From: Planctomycetia bacterium
GTDB taxonomy: Bacteria; Planctomycetota; Planctomycetia; Pirellulales; S012-138
Reading direction: 5' to 3'
Assembly (NCBI GenBank): GCA_016177915.1
Contig: JACOUI010000261.1
Location: forward strand, 4,924-68,923
Length of the DNA stretch: 64,000 nucleotides
Part shown: positions 27,284-36,500 of the stretch, piece by piece
How the letters are laid out: each line of letters opens with the position of its first letter
Numbering within the stretch: the first letter of the stretch is position 1
Program-made: the position numbers and the translations under genes
Notes under the pieces: model-generated
What the model was told of the DNA's origin: nothing
Database searches by the model: none
Seen by the model: only the letters and a program-made list of their open reading frames with translations

Positions 27284-29272
27284 GTGAACCAGGACAGCGC
27301 CATGATTAGCATCGAGCTACAGGTTGCGCAAGACCACATCGAGTCCTTAGCGAAAGTTCGCAACCCACTCCTCGCCGTCGAAGAACTGATTTGGAATGGC
27401 CTGGACGCCGATGCAAGCAAGATCGAGGTGGACCTCGAATTTGGAAAACTGGGTGGCTTGGAACGAGTGGTCGTAAGAGACGACGGCACCGGCATTCCAA
27501 GGCCACTTTGTGACCGTGCCTTTGGAAAGCTCGGTGGTTCACCAAAGCTCGACGTCAGGCGAACGCCGGCTGGAAGGGTGCCTCACGGCAAGAGCGGAAA
27601 GGGGAGGTTCCGCGCCTTTGGTGTTGGGGGAACCGTCACGTGGATCAGCCGCTACGGCGCGAACGGAGTCGTCAAACAGTTTACGATCCGTGGCGTACGC
27701 GCCGTGCTTCGCCGTTTCGAGATTGGTGACGAGACTGACACCCTGGGCGACGAAACAGGGGTCGAGGTCAGGATTGAAGACATCGAACAAAACTTCGCAG
27801 CTCTTACTGACGCCCAAGCGGCCGCCGCTGAGCTATCCCGGCGCTTGGCCTTGTACCTGAAGCAATATCCGGGCATCAGGATCCTCTACGAGGGACGGCC
27901 TGTTGACCCGTCGATCGACGAGGATCTCACGGCCAACTATGACCTCACGTTGATTGACAACGAAGGACAGCCGGTTCCCGCCGAACTTACGGTCATCGAG
28001 TGGAAGCGGCCGACCGAGCGGTCGTTGTACCTCTGTGATGAAAGCGGATTCACTCTTGACGAGCGAGCCCCAGGCATCCAAGCCCCAGGCTTCCATTTCA
28101 CGGCCTACTTGAAGTCCACGCTTATCACGCGACTGGTTGAGGAAAACGCATTTGCCGTTGAGGAAATGCATCCCGTCGTCGAGAGCGTTCTTGAGTCGGC
28201 GAAGGATGCACTTCGCCGACATTTTCGGTCGCGTGAAGCAACCAGGGCCAGCGACCTCGTCCGGCAGTGGCAAGAGGACCGGATTTATCCATACGAGACT
28301 GCCGCTGTTGACCCAATTACTCAGGCAGAGAAAGAAGTGTTCAATGTCTGCGCCGTGAAGGTGCATGAGTACCTGCCAGGCTTTGAGAAATCAGAGGCGC
28401 AGAACAAGCGATTGACGTTTCGCTTGATCCGCGAGGCGCTGGAATCCAATCCGCGCAGCCTCCAGACGATCCTGCAGCAGCTTTTGGACCTGCCGCAGGA
28501 CCAACAGAACGACCTCGCCGCAATTCTCGAGCGAACCACACTGGCTTCGATCATCAACGCCGCCAAGACCATTGTGGCACGTTTGGATTTTCTCGGCAGT
28601 CTCGACTCACTCCTCTTCGGCGACTTGAAAACCAAACTGCTGGAGCGCCAGCAACTTCACAGAATTCTCGTTCAAGAATTGTGGCTGTTCGGCGACCAAT
28701 ACTCTCTCGGCATCGACGACCAGTCGCTCAAGAGTCTCTTGGACGTGCACATCGAGATCTTAGAACGCACCATCTTGGCTCCGGACAATCAGCCTGTAAC
28801 CGACCTGGAGGGCAAGGACCGCATTGTCGACATGATGCTTCACCGCCGCTACCCGCAGTTCCTACCGGGAACCTTTGAGCACCTTGTTGTAGAACTCAAG
28901 CGGCCCTCATGCACAATCGGCCAGAAGGAGATCGGGCAGATCGAGAGGTATGCGTTCGCTGTGGCCGACGATGAACGGTTCGATAAATCACGAACGAGGT
29001 GGACATTCTTGCTTCTGGGCAACGACCTGGATAAGTTTGCGGAGAACAAGTGTCGAGTTCACGGTCGGGAGTTCGGCCACATTCATCAATCTGAAGAAGG
29101 CTCGGTCAATATTTTCGTACGAAAGTGGGCGACGATCATCGAACACGCGAAGTGGCGCTACGAATTCTTCCGCGACAAGCTGGAGCTGCAGGTAAGCTCG
29201 GCAGACGGCCTGCAGTACTTGCGCTCACGATACCCGGAGTTTCTGCCCACGGACCACACATCCGAGCCTTAG
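27284..29272 (+). CDS. GHKL (Bergerat-fold, MORC/Hsp90-like) ATPase with C-terminal PD-(D/E)xK-like motif
   Basis: N box EELIWNGLDA, G1 VRDDGTGI, G2 GKSGKGRFRAFGVGG. C-terminus IVDMML...HLVVELKRP...EIGQIERY. Starts 7 nt after hsdS (GTG 27284 or ATG 27302). Confidence 0.8.
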   Translation: MNQDSAMISIELQVAQDHIESLAKVRNPLLAVEELIWNGLDADASKIEVDLEFGKLGGLERVVVRDDGTGIPRPLCDRAFGKLGGSPKLDVRRTPAGRVPHGKSGKGRFRAFGVGGTVTWISRYGANGVVKQFTIRGVRAVLRRFEIGDETDTLGDETGVEVRIEDIEQNFAALTDAQAAAAELSRRLALYLKQYPGIRILYEGRPVDPSIDEDLTANYDLTLIDNEGQPVPAELTVIEWKRPTERSLYLCDESGFTLDERAPGIQAPGFHFTAYLKSTLITRLVEENAFAVEEMHPVVESVLESAKDALRRHFRSREATRASDLVRQWQEDRIYPYETAAVDPITQAEKEVFNVCAVKVHEYLPGFEKSEAQNKRLTFRLIREALESNPRSLQTILQQLLDLPQDQQNDLAAILERTTLASIINAAKTIVARLDFLGSLDSLLFGDLKTKLLERQQLHRILVQELWLFGDQYSLGIDDQSLKSLLDVHIEILERTILAPDNQPVTDLEGKDRIVDMMLHRRYPQFLPGTFEHLVVELKRPSCTIGQKEIGQIERYAFAVADDERFDKSRTRWTFLLLGNDLDKFAENKCRVHGREFGHIHQSEEGSVNIFVRKWATIIEHAKWRYEFFRDKLELQVSSADGLQYLRSRYPEFLPTDHTSEP

Positions 29273-29459
29273 CCGGACGCACATTCCTCTCGATCCACTA
29301 TTCGTGGGCCTACGCCCGGTGCGCATCTCCACGCCTTGCGGTTCGCGCGCCTCACCTTGATTTGACCCACTGCGGTCTTTTGCGCTACCGTTCACCTCGT
29401 GACGGGGCTTCTCCCCGCACGTGTTCCTTCCCAGTCTCCCTCCCCTACCGAGGTGAACC

Positions 29460-30500
29460 ATGGTCAATCTTACGCGCGCTAGCCGCGAACTTTTCTCCCG
29501 CACGCCCGACGAGCAGTTCGAAACGCTCGCCGAGCTGCACCAGCATTGCCTGGACCAGAAGAACCGCGCCGTCCGCATCAAGGAGCCGGCCGCGACGTTC
29601 ATCCCGACCGTCCGCGACGAGAAGCTGGCCCTGAAGATCGACGGCCGCCCGGCCTACGAACTCACCGACTGGTCGTTCTCGCAGCTCTGCGGCTTCGCGC
29701 GGGTTGCGAAGGACACCGTCAACCGCCTGCACCCCAGCACCGCGGCCGACGTCCTGTCGCAAACGCTCGTCTTCGACGACGAGGACGAAACGGAGTTTCA
29801 GGCGCTCGTGCTCGACGATCGCGTCGTGCGGGCACTCAACGGCGGGCAATACAAGCGGCTGTGGAACGCGGACCTGACGGCGATGCTCCTGGAGTACGCC
29901 GTGGACTTCACGCCGCCGCAAAAGGGCTTCAACGGCGCCACCGGACTCTACGCGGGCGAGCAGGACCTGTTCTGCTTCATGATCGACCCGACCGGCTGGG
30001 CCGAGATCGGCGGCGAGGCCTTCGCACCGGGCTTTTTCGTCTGGAACAGCGAGGTCGGCCGCCGCAGCGTGGGCCTGACCACGTTCTGGTTTCAGAAGGT
30101 GTGCTGCAACCACATCGTGTGGGACGCCACGGAGATCGTCGAGATCACGCGGCGGCACACCGGCCGCGTCCGCGACGCCCTCACGGAGATCCGCCAGGAG
30201 ATTAGCGAGCTTGTCGCCCGGCGCGACCAGCGCCGCGACGGTTTCGCACGTGTCATCGCCAAGGCGATGAACACGACCTACGGCCAGGACGCCGAGGAAG
30301 TCCAAAAGCTGCTGACCAAGGCCGGCATCGGCAGGGCCTTGGCCGAGCGGGCGATCAAATGGGCGCCCGACTACGGCGGCTTCACCATTTGGGGCGTCGT
30401 CAACGCCCTGACCCGCCTGACGAGCGAGGCCAGGTTTGCCGGCAACCGCGTCGAGGCCGACCAGAAGGCCGCGTCGCTCTTGCAGCTTGTGGCCGCGTGA
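29460..30500 (+). CDS. DUF932-family protein (common on conjugative/integrative elements)
   Basis: YELTDWSFSQLCGFA..., GLYAGEQDLFCFMIDP, GFFVWNSEVGRRS, FWFQKVCCNHIVWD match my memory of DUF932 blocks. Confidence 0.65.
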   Translation: MVNLTRASRELFSRTPDEQFETLAELHQHCLDQKNRAVRIKEPAATFIPTVRDEKLALKIDGRPAYELTDWSFSQLCGFARVAKDTVNRLHPSTAADVLSQTLVFDDEDETEFQALVLDDRVVRALNGGQYKRLWNADLTAMLLEYAVDFTPPQKGFNGATGLYAGEQDLFCFMIDPTGWAEIGGEAFAPGFFVWNSEVGRRSVGLTTFWFQKVCCNHIVWDATEIVEITRRHTGRVRDALTEIRQEISELVARRDQRRDGFARVIAKAMNTTYGQDAEEVQKLLTKAGIGRALAERAIKWAPDYGGFTIWGVVNALTRLTSEARFAGNRVEADQKAASLLQLVAA

Positions 30501-30534
30501 CTCAGCCCGCTCCCCTCTCTCAGGAGTCTTGCCG

Positions 30535-30921
30535 ATGACACTCCGCTACCAGTGCGACAAATGTGGCGCGTGCTGCCAAGGTCACCTGATCGTCGAAGCC
30601 CAGCTCTTGGATGTGATTCGCGAGCCGCGGCTGATTCAGTCTGATTCCCACTACGCCGGGCTGCCGATCGATGAAGCGATGACGCTGCTGGAAAACCCGC
30701 ACCGTTGTCTCATCATCGCGTGCGGGACGCCTCGGCCCTGCGCCTTTCTCGGCGCCGACAAGTGCTGCACGATTTACCCGACACGGCCGAACGTCTGCGT
30801 TGCTCTTGAAGCTGGAGACGAGCAGTGCCAGTACGCCCGAGGCGCCGCCGGACTGCCGCCGCTTCAGCCGATCGAACTGCCGGCCGTGGTGCCCGATTTG
30901 ACTCCGCCCGGCTCTTCCTGA
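30535..30921 (+). CDS. YkgJ/UPF0153-type Cys-cluster (zinc/iron-chelating) protein
   Basis: MTLRYQCDKCGACCQGH...C..LGADKCCTIYPTRPNVC. ATG 30535 follows AGGAG. Confidence 0.7.
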   Translation: MTLRYQCDKCGACCQGHLIVEAQLLDVIREPRLIQSDSHYAGLPIDEAMTLLENPHRCLIIACGTPRPCAFLGADKCCTIYPTRPNVCVALEAGDEQCQYARGAAGLPPLQPIELPAVVPDLTPPGSS

Positions 30922-30951
30922 CACCCTGAACGTAAAGGAGGTGAACTGCCC

Positions 30952-31209
30952 ATGCCCAAACCCGAAAAGACCTTCCGCATCGGCCCTTGCTCCGCGTCGG
31001 TGTTCGTCAACACGCCGAAGGCCAAGGACAAGGCCCGCTCCTTCCGCTCCGTTTCCCTGCAACGCCGCTACAAGTCCGGCGACACCTGGAAATCGGCCAC
31101 GAGCTTCGGCCTGAGCGACCTGCCGGCGGCGATCGCCGTCTTGCAGATGGCGATGACCCACGTGGCCAGCAAGGAAGCTGAGTTTGGAAAGCAGGAGGAG
31201 TCGTTTTGA
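30952..31209 (+). CDS. small hypothetical protein (possibly PC4/YdbC-like ssDNA-binding fold, weak)
   Basis: Strong SD AAGGAGG upstream. 85 aa. The pattern SVSLQRRYKSGDTWKSATSFGLSDLPAAIAVL resembles PC4-like proteins. Followed by a clear terminator. Confidence 0.5.
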   Translation: MPKPEKTFRIGPCSASVFVNTPKAKDKARSFRSVSLQRRYKSGDTWKSATSFGLSDLPAAIAVLQMAMTHVASKEAEFGKQEESF

Positions 31210-31223
31210 CTTTTCGCCAGCAC

Positions 31224-31259
31224 CCGCCCCCGCGACACGTTCGACGGGGGCGTTTTTTT
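31224..31259 (+). terminator. rho-independent terminator
   Basis: CCGCCCCCG-N12-CGGGGGCG hairpin followed by TTTTTTT. Confidence 0.75.
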
Positions 31260-31405
31260 GCCTTCCCCTGACGATCCCTCCGTCACATGCCTACGGGCCC
31301 CTCGGGCAAACAACCGCCGGCTGCGAGTCTGCAAAAGCCACAATTTCCGCGGTCAAAATCGCAACGTGGCGTCTTTTTCCGTCACACGCCCACAATCACC
31401 AACTC

Positions 31406-31433
31406 TTGACAAGGCAAAAGGTTGCGCTACACT
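31406..31433 (+). promoter_or_regulatory. sigma-70-like promoter candidate
   Basis: TTGACA-N16-TACACT, ~185 nt upstream of the first tandem-ZAS gene, in a ~350-bp non-coding gap right after the terminator. Confidence 0.45.
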
Positions 31434-31617
31434 TCGCCCAGGCTGTTCATTTCGCAGAAAAATCCACCGCCCCTTCCCTAATAGTGTTTAGAGCCGACGG
31501 CTCCTGTCCCCGGCACTTTGAGGCTTGTCGGGCGCACAGGACAGCTACCACGGGACGGACGTGCGTAGGCTGACCTGTGTGCCTGTAAACGACCTAGCCA
31601 AAGTGACGGGGGAACCA

Positions 31618-31974
31618 ATGACCCACGACGACTTCATTGCCCAAATCGACCGCTTCCTCGACGGCGATCTCGATGTGATCGAGTGGCACGAGTTCCGCGA
31701 CCACATGAACACGTGTCGTGACTGCTCCCAACGGTTAGTGCAGCGACGCATCGAACTACTCGAAGACCGCGGCATTTTGGTGGCGCTCCTGGAACCGCAA
31801 CCCCAGCGATGCATCACGGCCGGAACGCTCACACGATGGCTCAAGGGCGAAATCCCCATGGAGCTTTCGCCGCGCGTCTCCAACCACCTGCGTAACTGTC
31901 GGTACTGCCACGACCATGCTGCGGAATTGGCAGCCCGACTGAAAAAGGACAACTACGCTAACGCCAACAGGTGA
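31618..31974 (+). CDS. tandem zf-HC2 (ZAS, anti-sigma-type) protein, copy A
   Basis: Two HxxxCxxC motifs in anti-sigma context: FLDGDLDVIEWHEFRDHMNTCRDCSQRL and WLKGEIPMELSPRVSNHLRNCRYCHDHAAEL. No TM segment. Confidence 0.75.
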   Translation: MTHDDFIAQIDRFLDGDLDVIEWHEFRDHMNTCRDCSQRLVQRRIELLEDRGILVALLEPQPQRCITAGTLTRWLKGEIPMELSPRVSNHLRNCRYCHDHAAELAARLKKDNYANANR

Positions 31975-32059
31975 CCAGGGATAGAGGTCTCCACCAACCA
32001 TCTCACTGCGCAGGAACACCAGCGCAGTTTTTTTACTGCACCAAACGGAGACTCCCAAG

Positions 32060-33058
32060 ATGGACGACCCCCTCGAACCTTTCCGCGAGCACGTACTCGG
32101 TCGCACCGACAAACTCTTGCAGTCACCAATCTTCGAGCAAATCGATTGGATGGCACAAAACGTCTGTGACGAACCCTCTCGGAGCCAAGCCCACTGGATC
32201 GGGCCCGGGGACTTGGTGCAGAACCTTCTCTCGTGTCCCATCTCCAAAGACAAAGAAAAGACGAGCATCCACATTCTCCTTGACTCCTTTGCCGGAAAGC
32301 CCGTTTCCACTCCTCAGATTCTTGGCTTTCTTCACATTCAATTTTACCTGCACCACGACGCGATGGGGGGACGGAAAGGCACGAGGCGCCGGAAGGCGAA
32401 TACTCTCAGGGTCTTGGATCTTCCTCCTTCGGTTTTTGGTGGCGATTTGAATGCGCTCTTCAGCCACTATGGTCCGGTTGCCCACGCCGCCGTCGAGGTC
32501 GACGGTCTTTTGGCGACCGGCCGTGTCAAGATGAAGACTGCTGCCGCCGCGAGGCGGGCCTGTGCGGGTCTGGATGGCTACGATCTTCATGGCCACAAAC
32601 TAAGCGTTCGGCCCTGGGAGGACCAAGTCTCCAACGTCCCGCTCACTGCCGCCAATGTTCCTTCCGCATCCCACTCCCCCGACATTCCTCCAGCACTGTG
32701 CGAGAATATCGAAGCCCGCGCGCGCCAGGACGCAGCCAAGTTACTTTCCGCCCAGGACCAATATCCTCTGCCGACAGAGGCGATCCGTTTGTGGCTCGCG
32801 GCAGTTGCCGCCAAGGGCGAGAAGTGGCCGAATGCTCTTCGGAAGGCGTTGCGGCAGTCCCATTTGATCCCCCGCGCCAGCTGGGGCCAGGCACAGAAAC
32901 TTGGAAAGGCCATCGAACTGCGCATCGCCGCCCTTTTCCGGCCCATTATCAAGGACCACGGACTCTACTTGGCGCAGCCTGATTGCTTCCAACCGGCGGT
33001 CGCTCTTTACGCGCAAAAGCTATTACAATCGCTCGAACTTCCGGAAACCGAAGAATGA
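32060..33058 (+). CDS. hypothetical protein with central RRM-like domain
   Basis: aa 116-186 LRVLDLPPSVFGGDLNALFSHYGPVAHAAVEVDG..GRVKMKTAAAARRACAGLDGYDLHGHKLSVRPW fit a beta-alpha-beta-beta-alpha-beta RRM pattern (RNP2-like LRVLDL, degenerate RNP1). Alternative start ATG 32363. Confidence 0.5.
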   Translation: MDDPLEPFREHVLGRTDKLLQSPIFEQIDWMAQNVCDEPSRSQAHWIGPGDLVQNLLSCPISKDKEKTSIHILLDSFAGKPVSTPQILGFLHIQFYLHHDAMGGRKGTRRRKANTLRVLDLPPSVFGGDLNALFSHYGPVAHAAVEVDGLLATGRVKMKTAAAARRACAGLDGYDLHGHKLSVRPWEDQVSNVPLTAANVPSASHSPDIPPALCENIEARARQDAAKLLSAQDQYPLPTEAIRLWLAAVAAKGEKWPNALRKALRQSHLIPRASWGQAQKLGKAIELRIAALFRPIIKDHGLYLAQPDCFQPAVALYAQKLLQSLELPETEE

Positions 33059-33483
33059 CCCACGACGACTTCATTGCCCAAATCGACCGCTTCCTCGACG
33101 GCGATCTCGATGTGATCGAGTGGCACGAGTTCCGCGACCACATGAAAACGTGTCGTGAGTGCTCGCAACGGTTAGTGCAGCGGCGCATCGACCTGCTTGA
33201 CGAAGGCGGCCTTTTGGCGGCGCTCCTAGAGCCGCAACCCCAGCGATGCATCACGGCCGGAACGCTCACACGATGGCTCAAGGGCGAAATCCCCATGGAG
33301 CTTTCGCCGCGCGTCTCCAACCACCTGCGTAACTGTCGGTACTGCCACGACCATGCCGCCGAACTGGCAACCCGACTTTACCGACATGAAAATGACGTTC
33401 ACGCGGCCGAACCCCCGTATCGCATCCGTACTGCTGCTTTAGACGGCCCGATGGGCGAAGATGACGGTGACCAAGACGTCTGA
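33055..33483 (+). CDS. tandem zf-HC2 (ZAS, anti-sigma-type) protein, copy B
   Basis: ATGA overlap with the upstream stop. Same two HxxxCxxC motifs (DHMKTCRECS, NHLRNCRYCH). Longer acidic C-terminal tail. Confidence 0.75.
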   Translation: MTHDDFIAQIDRFLDGDLDVIEWHEFRDHMKTCRECSQRLVQRRIDLLDEGGLLAALLEPQPQRCITAGTLTRWLKGEIPMELSPRVSNHLRNCRYCHDHAAELATRLYRHENDVHAAEPPYRIRTAALDGPMGEDDGDQDV

Positions 33484-33543
33484 CTTCGCGCAAAGCCCTG
33501 CGTCCCAAGTGTCTCCAACTTCTGACTCCGTCCGACAAACGTC

Positions 33544-36500
33544 ATGTCCGAACCTACATGGACCACATACGATTCCTTTCAAAAGTGGGCTGGCGCCCAC
33601 CGAGTCGGCGTTTGGGCAACGAACATGAAGGCCCACTATGACGCCGGCGACCGTGCCGCCGCCAGCAGCTGGTGCGAACGACTCAGCGCCACCCTACAGA
33701 ATCACAAGATCCTGGCGGCGTTCCCGCCGTCGGTTTTGTACCTGTTGAGGTCGGCACTGCTGCGTGTAGGCACCGGCGCCCGACCCATTCTCACCCACGA
33801 TTTGCAGACCGCTGCGACCGCCATCGACGATAGCCTTCGTAGACTGACAGGAGGCAGCGACGGCGAGCCGCAATCGGCGTGGCCGCCGCTTGTCGCCGCA
33901 CAGGTGCTCGCGCATAACATTCTTTCAGGAACAGCGCCTGCCACTGCCATTCTCCGTCTCGGCCGCGCCTGCAGCCCGTCAGGTTCATGGAGGCGCACTC
34001 ACTGGAGCCGTATGCTACATGACGGTCCCGCGCTACAGTGTTGTGAGGATTTGCTGCCCGTCCTCCGATCACTAACCAGCACCACGTACGACCGCCTGGA
34101 AGCTATTGGCAAGCTGTCCGGCGTGATGGCTAACGTGCCGTATCGCAACCAAATCACCAACGCGCTCTATCACGCTGTCTTGTGTTGGCCGCTGCTCGTC
34201 GTGCTAGTTGAGCGCCCAGACCGGCCCCGTCTTATTAGCGGCGCCCTCAGTTTGCCCGTCATCATCGACGTGCGTTTCGGCCCGGCACCTTCCGATAAGA
34301 CTACCAACGATTCTGCTCCTTCCACCAGAGACCGTTGCATCGTACTCCCTACGGACGACGCCCTCAACGCGTTTCAACTGCATTTGCGAAAGGCGATGGA
34401 CGCTGCCAAAGACTTGTGGATGTCCAAACACCGCAACTACGGCCCGTTTTGCAAGGCCGTAGAGCGCGCCGACGTCGTGTTCGATTTCACAATCGCACGT
34501 TACGTCGACCCCGAAGCTTCAATTGAGGGCGGCAGTGCGGAGGCGTACTTCGCACAGGCTGTCCTCCACAGACTATTGGGCCGTCTCGGAACTCTTTCGA
34601 GCGTGGCCAGCGGTCACATTGATCGCGTCGCTGTATTGGATAACCTGCCAAAGGAACTTACTCCCAAAGGTCTCAAGCGCACAATGCAACTCGCCGTCCG
34701 CGGCTACGCCAACAAAAAGGAAACAGGGCCCCTGGAGGTTATCCCAGGAACGCGCAGCAACGCTGGCGAGAAGCGCCTTTTGTGGACGGATGTTTGGACC
34801 GGGCGCAAGGCCCTCCAATGGCGCCACGTACTATGGCAGCAGTCCACTGTCCCTGACTACCGAGATCAAGTCGGCTCGCTCTTCCGCCGGTACGGACACC
34901 TCTACCTCAGAAAAGCAGGGGGCAGCAAGGACAAACTCGAACTGGTTCACGCGAGCCACTTCTTCGAGCGCATCGTTTTACATCAAGCTACCGAACGCGA
35001 GCTGCTTAAGGACCAGCTGTGTGAACGCGGAATCAAGGACAACGCTGCACGGAAGATCGTCCGACAGTTCCACCCAGAACGCGTGCGCCTCCAACTGGCT
35101 GTTTACGACTGGCTGACCCAGAATCGCGATGCACGCGTCGCCCGCAACGGCGCCGCCTGGCTAGCAAAAGCCATCCGAGAGAATTTTCAGCCACCGACAG
35201 GGTTTCAGAGTGCGCCTGGCGCGCTGTCTACCTACCAATCGCCCACAGCCGAAGTCATCTCCGTTCCAACGCCGCAGCACATGGCGGACGTGATGCAGGT
35301 CGCGGGCTGGCGACGGCATCACTACATCCGCTGTCCCGACCTCATGTGGGCGTTCCATGAGCAATATAATGAAGCTCTTCCCGGCCTACTGCCTGCCGAA
35401 CCCGGATCAGCCGTCGACAGGGTCCTTGCCCAACTACAGGACAACACAGCACCCGTCCTTGAACTTCGCGCCGCGCCGCAAACGGTCCTTTCTGCGCTGT
35501 GGCACATCAACTATGAGCTCCGCGACCGCAGTGTAAAAGCCTTTTCCTGGGCCTGCCTCCGCCTTGCCAGAGACGAGATGGATGCTCGATTCTGGCAGAC
35601 GTTTTGGCGCGTGCTTGGCGCCCCTCTCGAAGTTGTCCAACAGTTCCTGCTCACTCCCACACCCGCCGCTGCCGCCACTCTCCTAGTCGAAGCCCTCAGC
35701 CACTTCTCACCAGCGCCAGCAGCTCCGGGCTACAGGGCACCAGAAGTAATTCTACTAATCGGAACCGACCGCTTCGCCGAGAGCTTGGCCAAGCACACCG
35801 GCCCGCTCAGCAGCCGCCCTTTGGCCCTTCCGTTCGTTCTCAAAGAACTTCGCTCCCATGGCGTTCCCTACTACACGCCGCTCGAGCGTCATCTTGGCCG
35901 CACCCGAATTATCTGTGTTCCGGAAGACCAACAGCTCACGCTCAATGCCGCACCCCCAGCTTGTGAGATCTCACAAGCTGACCGACTCTTCTTGCGCGCG
36001 GTACGTACCTTCCGCTGGGGCTTCACACAGCAGATGGCATCAATGATGCTCCAAGTCCTGGCGGACGATCAGCAACTACGTGCAGCGTGGCCGCGGCACT
36101 ACGCTTTGCGCGAGAACCTCAGTCGGCTGCGAGAAGAACGGCTTCTCCGATACGGCCAAGGGGTCTACCATTTGCCCCCCGACGTCCGCGATGCCCTAGG
36201 ACCGCCCCACGCCCCCCGCGACGACGCGCGACTCCATCTTGCGGCAGGCGTCGCCATTGCTCCCTACACGGCTCGTCGACCGGTCCCCTCGCTCGCCTTC
36301 GACTTGGCCTTCCTCCCTGAGAATGTCCACGAGGCCTCGCACCACTTTAGGACCGCCTTTTCCCTAGCTCAGGGCGTCGACGAACGTCTTGCAGACCACG
36401 CTCGAAACAACCTTCAGCATGTCTGTCGCTTCGTCGAGCTGCGCGACTGGGGCCTACAATCAGAGCTAACCAAGGGAAAGGACGCATTGCTCGACGCATG

